Shown here: piece by piece, positions 24,977-36,700 of the stretch
Numbering within the stretch: the stretch's first letter is position 1
Layout of the letters: each line of letters opens with the position of its first letter
Source of the DNA: Vairimorpha necatrix
Taxonomy: Eukaryota
Direction of reading: 5' to 3'
Assembly (NCBI GenBank): GCA_036630325.1
Contig: CP142728.1
Location: forward strand, 248,001 to 312,000
DNA: 64,000 nucleotides
Program-made: the position numbers and the translations under genes
Notes under the pieces: generated by a model
Database searches by the model: none
Told to the model about the DNA's origin: nothing
The model's input: only the letters and a program-made list of their open reading frames with translations

Positions 24977-25223
24977 GGGGTTATAAAATGGTAAAAATTA
25001 TCTACATTATTTAATGTAGACCATATTTTTTATTGACTTGTCAAGTCCTTTTTCTTTTTAATAAAATAAATACTTTTTTAAATTTTTATAACCTTCCTCT
25101 ACGTATTTTAAAAATCAAGATTTCTATATACTTAAAATTTTTAAGAAAAACTTTATTTTTAATATAAAAAACAAACAAATTTTCACTGTAAAAATTATTA
25201 AACTAAATTTCACTGTAATTTCT

Positions 25224-26670
25224 TTAATCAATAAAAGACATTCCACTCTTCTTAGCCGTTTCTTTAGCAAATAATTCTAAATATTGATAAATTATAGAAG
25301 TAGCCAAAAAGACATTTGACCCACTTCCAATAGTATCAAATAAATTAGACAATAAAACGACTAAACAAGTGAAAAATCCACTAAGAAGCGCAGCAGATGG
25401 AATATATTTAGAAAATACAAATTCCATATTACTTTCTCTGATTCCTTTTAGCGTCATTCTGTTTTTCTTCAAATTACTAGCACAATTACTTGGAGTTCCT
25501 CCGCCTACTTCAACCCAAGCTCGACTCATCAAAGCGCAAGAAATGAAAGTTATAGCGAGATAAATGAAGAAATAAACTGGCCTACGGTAGATATCAAATA
25601 CACTTTCAGGAGGAGAAATATAATAAGAAATACCTCTTAGAGCGTTTAATCTTCCAGTTTTCACTGTATCCCAGACGCCTAAAAATCTGACAAGTTTATT
25701 AGTCGGCTTCCACTTGTACAATAATCTTGAGATAGTGCAGAAATAAGAGACAATATAATTCTGATAAATGACAGGAGAAGTACTTGTATAAAGAAGCTTA
25801 ATAGGATATTTACCAGTCTGGCCTCTTACTTGAGTAGACTCAGTAGTAAGCTCGACTCTCAGACCTTGTAAATAAATTACAAATACGAAGAGAGCCACAG
25901 TGACCAAGAAAGTAAACAAATTTGGCAGATTCTGTCTGAACATAATTTCATGAAGAGCTGACAGCTTGTTAGGTCTGACTATCAATAAATGGAATAAGGC
26001 GATTACTGACCCTTCGAATTCTATTCCTCTTCCTGTAAAAAAGACTTTAGGACTGAAAGCTTTCCAGACGATACTCTCGCACACATTGGCGGCAATGAAG
26101 AGGTTTACACCATTTCCAAGGCCATATCCTTTTTGGAGTAACTCGTCAAGTAAAATGATTATTATACCAGAAAATATAAGCTGAATGATAAGAATAGAAC
26201 AATAAGTAAGCCCGAGATCTTTTGGTTTACCATAAAACCCAGTAAAAACTTGTACTGCTGCTTGTCCTACAGTCAAAATAATCGAGATTAATCTACCGAG
26301 AGCTCCGTATAAAATCTTGTCTTCTTTTATCGAGAAGTCGACTTTTATAAGTTCAGACATGGTAAAAAACTGCATAATCATCGAAGAGGTGATCACGGGT
26401 GAAATTCCCAAATCCATGAGTGTCCCGCGGCTTGAGGCCATCATCATTCTCATCCAGTAAAAAGGATCAGCTTGTTCTGAAGCAATGATACCAAACAGAG
26501 GAACTTGTGAAGCTATCATGTATATCAAAATGGCCAGAGTGGTCCATATGAACTTCTCTTGGAATGTTACTTGTCTGGATGGTTGAATTACATCAGGAAT
26601 GTATGATAGTAGTGGCTTTATCATATGTAATACATTAACTAAATTATTGCATTTTACACTTACATGTCAT
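25224..26670 (-). CDS. SEC61: Protein transport protein Sec61 alpha (2 exons: 26670-26664, 26638-25224)
   Basis: Motifs GTLMDLGISP, LLDELLQKGYGLG and YPIKLLYTS. Splicing the 25-nt intron gives an in-frame MTFNVLHMIKPLL. CCCCTCCT precedes the exon-1 ATG. Confidence 0.96.
26639..26663 (-). other. 25-nt spliceosomal intron in SEC61 alpha
   Basis: GTAAGTGTAAAATGCAATAATTTAG: canonical 5' site with a branch-like TAAT abutting TTAG. Phase 1 after codon 2; removal restores the frame. Confidence 0.9.
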
Positions 26671-27383
26671 AGGAGGGGCATAAACAAAAAAAAATATAAA
26701 AAAGAAGAAGCTAAACATGAACTCATTCTAAAAAAAATTTATAGAAATCAGGATATCTTATTTTATATCGCAAAGATGCGCACTAAAACTCAAAATATAT
26801 TTTAAGCAACAACAAGATTAAATTACAAAGTTCTAATTAATACATAATAACATCTAAATTGAAATATATTGTCCATTGATTATTTGTAATAGTAAAAACA
26901 AAACTTAAGCGAAGACAAATTTAAAAAATAATGACAACGCGAAACATATGTAAAAAATTTGAAGCCAATCTGTCACTTAACATTCGGCGGGATATCGTGT
27001 TTGAATGTGAATTTCAGGGCAAATAAATTTAAACTATTATGTCATAAAAGTCAGCTGCGTGGTAGTGTAGATAATGTTTATAGCAGTACATAAGATTAGT
27101 AGTATTTTCGTCGTAATTGGAACGTCTTTACAGCGAAAAAATAATTCAACAAATATTAAAAATCAAATCTATAGAATACGAGAAAAAACGAAGAAATAAT
27201 AATGTTAATTTTCATTACGCTTATTGACGATGATCTGTATAAAACCAACTAGAAAAAATTTATGATCCAGGCAAATTATATAATATTTAAAAAATGCGAA
27301 ACTTTTCTAAAGCATTATTATAGACTAACTACAATTAATTTACAAAAAACGATCAAAATTATTTAGATAACATTAGATCAAAG

Positions 27384-28118
27384 TCGATGTTTCCAGTGTC
27401 AATGGCTGTGTTCAAATTTCAGAGGCACGTAATTGTTTCTACTTTCTATGATAAGCTGGAAAAACTCAAATGACGAAAATATTCCGGTAAACATTACGTT
27501 GAATTAAGAAAATAATTTCGTAAAGCCATAAGAAGATTAGCATCTGATGTAGAAACGCACGTTTAATTTAAAGAGGGCTGTTTATTCCTCAGGTAAGATT
27601 TCATACTTGAAAGTATCTGATTGGTACGGCCCAGTTGGAGCAAATGCAAGGTGCACTCTATGGTGGAATTTTAGAGCTAACTAAGAGACTAGACGAAGTA
27701 GAGCAATAAAAGGTCTCGTGGACCTTATCTTATAAAATATAAATTATTTTGTCTAATCTAGTGGTCAACGCAGTAAAATTTAATGCCGGGCTGGTGATGT
27801 GTTCGTGTAAGGAGCCGTATGTGCAATATAAATGTTTGTGTGGAGCTTTGAGTCAATACTATGATGTCTCTCCTCGGGTAATTAAAACGATGTTCTTTAA
27901 TTAATCCAGCATGAGGTACCGCTGGCGCGATTAAATGTACAAAAATGTTATCCTGGGACAAAACAATGGATTTGCCCGAGCCAAATGCATCTACATATTT
28001 GCTGGAGGAGATTATGGCGTTTTTAAATCTCACAGTACCAGTTGGATAAATTTACGCCAAAGTTCCTATTGTACTTATGTAAGGGTTTCTCCTATCTCTT
28101 ATTTGCAAAGAAAAAAAA
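27384..28118 (+). mobile_element. tRNA-derived SINE-like retroposon, copy A (5'-truncated)
   Basis: Colinear with 28290-29079. It begins inside the tRNA-like head and ends TTGCAAAG(A)n. Flanked by the imperfect direct repeat ATTAGATCAAAG / ATTAAATCGAAG. Confidence 0.75.
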
Positions 28119-28289
28119 ATTAAATCGAAGAACTGTTGTTAGATTTATTTAAATAAATTGAGGAACATACACAACAAATTCCTCCGACAATCTTGCTGTA
28201 AAGAAAACTTCGCCGTATCCATTGAACTTTGGCTCCAGGAAAAACGAATTATTTTATGATATAGTGTATCAAGAACAATTCAAAAGATG

Positions 28290-28362
28290 GGTGGCCTTGC
28301 CCCAGTGGTAGAGGGCGATGCTTCCATTGAGCAATGGCTGGGTTCGATTTTTAGGGGCACCA
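28290..28362 (+). other. tRNA-like head (pseudo-tRNA; loop contains TTCCA, Gly-TCC or Trp-CCA ancestry uncertain)
   Basis: Acceptor GGTGGCC/GGGCACC-A, D arm GCCC-CAGTGGTAGA-GGGC, B-box GGTTCGATT. Anticodon and T stems are imperfect. Confidence 0.7.
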
Positions 28363-29079
28363 AAATTGTTTCTACTTTCTATAATGCAGTTGGAACAACT
28401 TAAACGATGAAAATGTTTATGATAATTCATAAGTTGATTCAATAAAACTTGTGTGTGTCAAGCCACAAGAAGATTAGCATCTAGTGTAGAAACGCATCTC
28501 AAAGCCAAAAAGCAGTATCACCCCTTGGTGACTTAATGATACATAAAAGTATCTGATGAGTACGGCCTAGTTGGAGCCCATGGCTGGTGCACTCTAGAGT
28601 GGGATCTCAGAGCCAACTAAAAAACTGACGAAGTAGGGCAATAAAAGGTCTCGTTTATCCTATCCTACAAGATTCTGTAACACGGTGGCCGAAACTAGTG
28701 GGAGACTGGTAGTCAACGCAACCCAATAAAAACGTCGGGCTGGTGTTGTGGTCGTGTAAGGAGCCACGTGGGAAATATAAATGATTGTAGGAACCTTTGA
28801 GTCAGTAAGATTATGTTTCTCCTCGGGTTATAGATAACCATGCCCGTTAAGTATATCCACGGGGAGGTTACTCTGGACGCGATTTGATGTATAAATGGAA
28901 AGTGTTCTCTTGGAGCCAAAGTCCAATGGATACGTCGGAGCTTGGTGCGCCTGCAAGTTGTATAGGACGGTGTTTTAGTGAGTTAGAATCTGAAAGTATC
29001 AATTCGATGAAGATCGCTCCCAAATCGCTCTAATTCCTATGTAGGGTTTCTCTCTACCTCTTACTTGCAAGGAAAAAAA
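28290..29079 (+). mobile_element. tRNA-derived SINE-like retroposon, copy B (apparently full length, ~790 bp)
   Basis: tRNA-like head, non-coding body shared with other copies in this window, and a 3' end CTCTTACTTGCAAGG(A)7. Confidence 0.8.
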
Positions 29080-29599
29080 CGATTTAAACGAGATTTTATT
29101 ATCAGATACGGCTTGATTAAACTAAGGAGAGACATCTGCGTACTAACACGAAAGTCTTACAAGGATATGCATTTAAAAATGTCCTATACACTACCACAAC
29201 ACCACTCCTTTAATTTTTTTAGCTGTGTTAAATACTTGCCTACTAATAGTTCTTATCAGATTGTTTTGAAATCATCTAAGTTAAAAAAATCGTAGCGTGG
29301 TGACAATAGCATATCGATGATGCGTAATAAATTAAGTTGATTTGACGAGCACTTAAAAAATTTATTTTACGTAGATATAATGAATCTTAGTTAATAATAA
29401 GGTATTCTACGACAATCTTTTTGTTAATTCGTGGAAAAAGCGTGTTTTCGGGTATAAAGGAATTTACGTCTTTTGGAAATATTTTTTAATAACAAAATCA
29501 TTATAAATTTATTTCCTATAAATTTACCTTATAGAAATATATGGGTTATAATTACCAGAACTATGGTAATTTTAGCGGTATATACTACACTTAATAATA

Positions 29600-30382
29600 A
29601 AAACTAGACGAACTAAGCAGCGAGGTCTCGTTTCCATGCTTCATTGTTATGTAAAACTTGTTAAGTTAGAACAATTAGAGTATAAAATACATGGAGATGA
29701 AATAGTGTTTTAAGCCGGGGCGAGATCCAGATTATTGTAAGGGTCATTAAGTTAGTACGACAATGGAATTCCTCAGCATATTCCACAAGGCCGTTACAAA
29801 CGCATTATGAGTTATTAAAACGAAATAAAAATTCTTGATGTCAAATTCCAATAAATACGACGGAGCTCGCTGCACCCTTAAGTTTTATAATAAAGCTATC
29901 AGAGGGTGTAAAAACTCAAAGTACCAGGTTTCCGGTTATAAGATCCACCCATAGAAAAGACCATTGATCTCTTCTATGAGTGGATCTTTTCTATTGTTAT
30001 AAAATATTTGAAATTTCTTCTAAAATTTTTTGAAACTTTACCTCCATGAAAAAAAATCTTACACGCTAAAAGCAAATTAGACGTATTACAAAAATTGCGT
30101 GAAAACAATGGAACCATAAGAATGACTGCTTTCGAATTCCAGAATACACTGAGAATTAAAGGGCCATTATATTAAAGTGTTTCTTCTTTATATAATTTTT
30201 ACCATTTGGCTAGGAGGTGGATCTCTTCTACAAGTACAAAAACTCTTTTTGAAAAGTCGTAAAATTCGACTTTGGGGTGGATCTTATAACCGGAAACCCC
30301 GGTACCCGTTGAAAAAAAATACGTTTAATTCCTTCTGGTAACTGTTTAAGGGTTCTATCCACCTCTACTTGGAAATGAAAAA
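29600..30382 (+). mobile_element. Diverged, 5'-truncated copy C of the retroposon, interrupted by a pogo-like element
   Basis: Shared blocks actagacgaa, ggtctcgt, gccggg, ctcaaagTA|cccgttg (family ctcacagtaccagttg) and 3' aagggttctatccacctctacttggaaatgaaaaa. Confidence 0.65.
29924..30302 (+). mobile_element. pogo/Tc2-like (Tc1-mariner superfamily) internally deleted element, 379 bp
   Basis: TIRs CCAGGTTTCCGGTTATAAGATCCACCC and GGGTGGATCTTATAACCGGAAACCCCGG, with TA on both sides. A residual, frameshifted HTH-like peptide (SYTL..KLDVLQKLRENNGTIRMTAFEF) follows CCTCCATG. Confidence 0.8.
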
Positions 30383-31666
30383 TACCAGTTTAACTAGGAT
30401 CATACGTACATCTTCTGATCCGCAACAAAATTTCTTTTCATATTTTCGTGTAATAATGTCATTAATAAGTAATTCGGCTTGTTATGCTTTATTTTTATAC
30501 TTAGTAGTATTTACCGTCAACTCGCATCTCAGCCTAACGTAAGCTAATAGCAAGGCCGTGTGTTTTATATCTTTTTTGCACATAATTCATAACGTATTAT
30601 ACAGCTGTAAGGAAAACTAGCACACTTTTATCACATGAATCATCGAACGGAAGAACATATTGAGTGGGCATATGATTTATTGTATTCAGGACTTCATGGC
30701 AGTTTCTTTTTTTGGTCATTTCATGAATAAAACAATCTAGTTCTGAAGAAAAAATAGTGCTTTTTGTTGCGGTACTATCTTTTTTTATGTAAGAACATGC
30801 AGAAAATTTATTTCAACAAGTATTTTTCTCTTGTTCAATTTTTATTAATGTTATATTTGTTTTTGATTCGCTTTGAATTGTTAATAATTTGTACCTTTAT
30901 GATATTTCAATCAAGACTTTTTTTTGAATTTTTTTTTGCTTGTGTATCATTCAGCTTGATAGACATTGTAGCTGTTAGTATCAGAACCAAAAATAGTTTT
31001 GCATCGTTATTTAAATTTTTTCAGCTTTCGATTTATATTTTAAATGGAATTTTTTATTTATCATTATAGTCCAAATACAATTTATAATGATCGTGTATAA
31101 CGCTCGGATAAAAACTTTTCCTAATGGTTTCTGAACTTGTGAGGTAATAACTACATACTGGTTACGATGTACAATATGAGAGTATTTTTTAAAGCAGCTA
31201 AAAAATATTAGATAATGTATTTGTAAACTATTACAAAAAAAAGTATGTATTTACAAAAACAAAAAAAATTTATATTCAAATTGTACTGTAATGTTTCCTT
31301 TATATAAAATCACAAACTATTTCCATTTAAATTTTATACAGATTATAATTAAAAACTGTAGTCACTCGTTCGCAATCAAGTCTCTTAGATTATTCATGTT
31401 AAAATATTAAGAAAATTTAAAACAATATAATCGTTCACGGTCCTTTTTATCACTAGAGATAGCTCATATTTTTCATTAATTTTACTGAGATCTTTATTGG
31501 TAAAAAAAATATCAACTCTGATTAATTTACTACAATATCAACAAAATGTGCATATAAAGAAGATATATTAGGTAATTTATGCTCAAATACTTGAATATGT
31601 TAGAGAAGTAGAAATATCAAAAAAAAAGTTTATTTACAATTTTTTTATTTAGGTTTCTAATATTTG

Positions 31667-32592
31667 TTAAAAAGCAGGTCTATTGATCTTTATTATTTTA
31701 TTGTTGTACGATAAATATAAGAATAATAAAGCCAATAAAATCAAGAGGATGACTACTATCAAAAAGTGTTCAATGTGGACTCCGGGCAAATATATATCTT
31801 CCATACTGTACTCGTCGCTATCCTCATTCATGTTAATATTTTCACAAGTGGACGTATCTTGAAGAATTGAGTAAATATGTTTGCAATATTGAAATTGAAT
31901 TCTAAATTCATTCAATACGCCCAGCAATGTTAATTCGAAATGCTTTAGATTTTTTTTATTGCCCAAATTCTCAGTATTATTTATATGATTCCGTATTTTG
32001 CTTTCTATAAATTCTATATTTGCATATAAAAAACAAAGTGAACCTATGAAATAATCTTGTATTTTCATCAAACTTTTTCGATCTATTGGTTCGTTCCCAA
32101 TTTTGCCTTCTTTTTCTTCATTTCTCTTAAATATAAAAAAATCGGAATATTTTTTATTTAATTTATGAAGTTCGTTTTTAATTAAAAACAAACCCAATGT
32201 AAAATCAGTAATTTCAATAAATTCATTAATAAAATTTAACTTTCCCGAAATTTCATATGAATGTACATTGGTTATATCATCTTTGTGTTCTAAAATAATA
32301 TGAATAAAGTTAGTTGAAATATTAATATTTGACACTGTAAACATTTTATACTTATTAATATCAAAAGAAAAAGAAGAATGAGTACGATTAATTTTTCAAT
32401 CATTTCTTGTTCATTTAAAACAGGCGTAAAAATCAAACAATCATCTTTCTGTATCAATTTCATTGTGTATTCGTCTTTAAGCTCGCTGTGAATGAAAGCC
32501 ACTAGCTCGGTGGTTTCCCCTGTTTTTAAAGTGTAAAAATAGACGTTATTAAAACAGTTAATTAAGTCTAAGAAAAATGAACAAAAAATCAT
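31667..32592 (-). pseudogene. Single-frameshift gene for a putative type-I membrane protein (~308 aa), or a homopolymer sequencing error
   Basis: The ATG at 32592 follows CCCATCTCC and has a hydrophobic N-terminus. Adding one A in the A5 run near 32394 joins the ORFs as EMIEKINRTHSSFSFDINKYKMFTV. A C-terminal TM segment reads FLIVVILLILLALLFLYL. Confidence 0.7.
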
Positions 32593-33753
32593 GGAGATGG
32601 GATGAAGGACAATAATCTGATAAATATTTATATTAAAAATTTAAATAAAATCAAAAAATGACATCTTGTAACCCAAGAGAGTTATTTTGAGATATTTTAT
32701 ATTTATATCTAATTTTAAAATAAATTTTACAAGATGTCAAATTATAAAATTAAACTGACCTCTTTTTTATATTTGCTTGTTGTGACATTTTTTAATACGT
32801 CATAACAATATTATTTGTAAAATTAATTGTTTAGACTTTTACAAATAAAGCATATTTTTTTAAAGATTGTCCAAAAAGGCATTTGAGCTTAAAAAATAGT
32901 AAAAATTATACACGAAAAAAATTTAGCAAAATTTTTTCGCCTGGATTTTGTTTGTTTATTTTGTACGTGTAAAAATATAAATTAAATATAAAAAACACTT
33001 ATTTATCAGAGACTAAAATAAAAACAAGAATTAGATGAGAGTTCTGATTTATATTTTAAAATCTAATGTTCATATTATTTCTCGTATAACTTCTGAGTAA
33101 AAGTCTGCCAGGGAATAAACTAGCTAAAAATAATCATTAAGTGTAAACCACAAGCATTATTCATTTATCAAATAATTTGCTAAAAATTTAATGTCTAATA
33201 AACGTAAATTAGAATTTGAAACCAATAGTTCAAATTTTACGCAGAAAAACACTGAAATATGTAGTAAAATTAAGAAAAGACCTTTCTAATCGCTTTTGAA
33301 ACTTAAAAACTTCTCGTGATTGATATGAATTAATCGTCTAATAATAACCAATTCTAATTAGTATTTTGACAATCTGACAATAATAATTTATTTTCGTAAT
33401 TAAAAGTGCCATTCATACTTTCAATTCAGCTTTAAATTTTATTTTAGTTAAAATTTAAATTTGAAGGATCAAGAAGCTTCAATATCAAAGATTAGTTACA
33501 AAAATAATTTAAGACGATATAAAATCTAAAAATATCTCAAAAAACTAATAAAAACAACTAACATAATCTACAAAAGACAAACAAAATATCAAATAACTTT
33601 AAGACAATAGGGCATTTGCCTTAACTGAAGCCCAGTTATTTATTATTCAATTTGTTGGTTTTAACAAACAAACTAATTTCTTTTATATTTAAAAATGAAA
33701 TTTTTTGAAACCAGCATAAACAAAATTATTTTTTTGAAAAAGTCACCCCAAAA

Positions 33754-36700
33754 ATGATCATCAAAAAACAAAGAAATATTTATTATTTAGATACGCTATC
33801 TAATACTTATAAAGGATACATTGAGACTTATATTTCAAATGTAGATGAGATGTTAATAAGATATAAATTTGCAGCTTTAGAAATTACAAATGTTAGTGTA
33901 TATAAAAATGGCGAATTATTTTCTGAAGCACTTTTTACTATTGAATTTTTAAAGGATAAAATAAATGACAAGAATTTGTTTAAGAATACAAATTCTAATT
34001 TTTTGAATATCAGACTTACAGAAAAAGAAAAAGATTCAGAAATTAAGATCAAGATTGATTTTACTAGTACCAAAGAAAACACTTCATTGATATTTTATAA
34101 ACCATTTTCAGATGAAGATAAACACAGAGAAGTAGTAGCAATTAATAAGAATAATGATAGTTCAGGAATTTTTCCTAGTATTGATTCAAAACAATCTTAT
34201 AAATGGGAATTAATTTATATTTATTCTTCATTTGAAGAATTACAAGTTATTTCTCCTGGGGTACTTAAAAGTTTCGTAGAGGAAGATTCTTTGAATATTT
34301 CTTCATATACAGTCCAAAGCAGCGTATCGGGATTTATAAATTTCGCATTGGGAACTTACAAGAGAAATGAAATTATTAATGGAGAAGACAAGAAATTAAT
34401 ATTTTATCCATTGTTTTTAGATAATCTAAAAGAAGCAATTATGGAAGTCAATGATGATTTTGTCAATATTTTTAAATATGTCGAATTTTTTATTCAAATG
34501 CCTTATCCTCTTGATACTTTGAATATTATGTTTACACTTTTGGAAATTGACAAGATCAATGCTTTAAATACAGCGATTTACAACATTGCGCATATTTCGA
34601 CTTTTAATGACATAGAGCCCAAATTTCTTATAAAAAGAACAATAGCTGAAATTTTATGTACTCAAATATTTTCATATTATGTTTATCCAAAAGACCCTAC
34701 TGATTTTTGGATTTTCTGCGGATTTAAAGGATATTTAGAGGATTATTGTGTAAGACTTTTGCTAGGAAATAATGAATTTTTATTTCAATATAAAAAAGAC
34801 AAGGATTTTGTAGTACAAAATGATGTTTATGAATTGCCACTTTGTCATGAAAAACGAGACATTTCGTCGATGGCGTCAGATTTTTTTATAAAAAAATCTA
34901 AATTGATTTTTCATACACTGGAAAATAATTTGAGCAAAGCATTTTTGGAAAAAATTTCTCATTTTTTATTAGAGAAAAAAGATCAAATTGGTGAAAATTT
35001 CACAGGAGATTTTCTTTCATTAATCAAAGATATAACAGGAAAAGATATGAAATCTTTTTTCGAATTTTATGTTTTTAGACCTGGTCTAGTCAAGGTCAAT
35101 TTCAAATTTACAATTGATCCTAAAAAAAATAGAGTTGATTTTAAAATAACACAAGAAGCAACAAGTAAAATGATTAAAAATAATACAAAAGTACTAGGAA
35201 ATTTGACTTTAATGTCTTATGAAGTAGAAGGAAGTTTTGAACATATTGTGAATTTTTCAAATACTGGCCATTTTTATTATCACATTAGAACAAAGAAAAG
35301 AAAGAAAGTCGAAGAAGAGGAAGACGAAGTCATGCCGCTTTTATGGATGAGATTAGATCCAAAACAAGAACATCTGATAGATTCGAGTGTAGAACAACCT
35401 GACTACATGTTCATAGAACAAGCATTAGATAAAAATGTTATAGGACAAATTGATGCATTAGAAGAACTCGCTAAAAATCCATCAATACAAATTTGCGAAG
35501 TTTTAGAAAGACTTTTAGAAAATTCTCATGTTTTTTATAAAATCCGAATAAAAGTCATGTATTGCCTAGCCAGGATAAATATTGAGAAATTTATAGGATT
35601 CCAGAGATTAATACAATTTTTTATGAAGAAATATTTTGTCCAGTCTTCTACAATTGTCAAACCTAATGAATTTATGTTCGTAAATTATTTTTTACAAAAG
35701 CATTGCGTTAGGGCTTTGTCTATGACAGATCCTTTTATTGTAAGAAGTCATGATGAAAGAAATGTCAGTTCTGCTACGGTGATATGTTCATTTATAATTA
35801 ATATTCTCAAATTTAATGATAACTCGGCCAATAATTTTAATGATTCGTGGTATATAGCGTCAGTAATTGAAGACCTTAGCAAGCCTTTACTTGCTTTGCA
35901 ATTCCAACAAACTTTTAATATTCCCAAGCTAGAAAATACTATGAAATTTGAGGAACCAGTGAAAACTGAAAGGAAAATAGATTTCGATTTTGACGAAGAC
36001 AGTTCTGATGATCTCAAAGAAATCTTCCGAGAAGAAGTTGACAATAATTTTGAACAAGAAATTACCAGTAAAAATCATCTTGACACTGATAAGATGAAAT
36101 TTATAAATGAAGCCTTGGAAGAAGTAGAAAGATACAGAATTATGGACATGATTTTTCCATCACATAAGAATATCATAACAGAATCCGCGATTTATTTATA
36201 CGGCAGATTGAGCATTTATGGATGTCTCGGTATGAAAAAAGAAACCTTAGTGGATTTTACTAAATATCCTAATTCTTATAAAGTAAGAAAGGCTGCTTTT
36301 ATAATTCTCGTCTTACTTTACAATGACGACCCCGAAGTTATAAAATATTTATTACAAGTTATAGAAACAGATAACATAAACATAAAATTGATAATTTTAG
36401 ATGCTTGGATAAATTTATTAGAAATACGAACAGAACATACAAAATCCGAACTAATTTCCTATAAGTCAGAAATATTAAATTTAGTAAATATTTGTGAATT
36501 TGACTACGATTTTAAAAATAAAATATTTGAAATTATAGATTTCCTAGATAATAAAGATTTAACAAGCTCAGAATATAATCAGAAAATTATAGAATTTAGT
36601 AAGTTAAATTATAATACGCAATTTTACATCGATAAAGTAAATTCGGGATTTCTATCCAATAATTTATTGACTATTAAATTAAAAAACTTTTTAGAAATGA

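Noticed and set aside
28290-28362. Functional tRNA gene
   Set aside because: Mismatched acceptor, anticodon and T stems and an ambiguous anticodon. It is fused to a repeated body, so it is better explained as a SINE head.
27758-29295. Short ORFs within the retroposon copies
   Set aside because: Frames are not preserved between copies, so the shared peptide fragments only reflect nucleotide homology.
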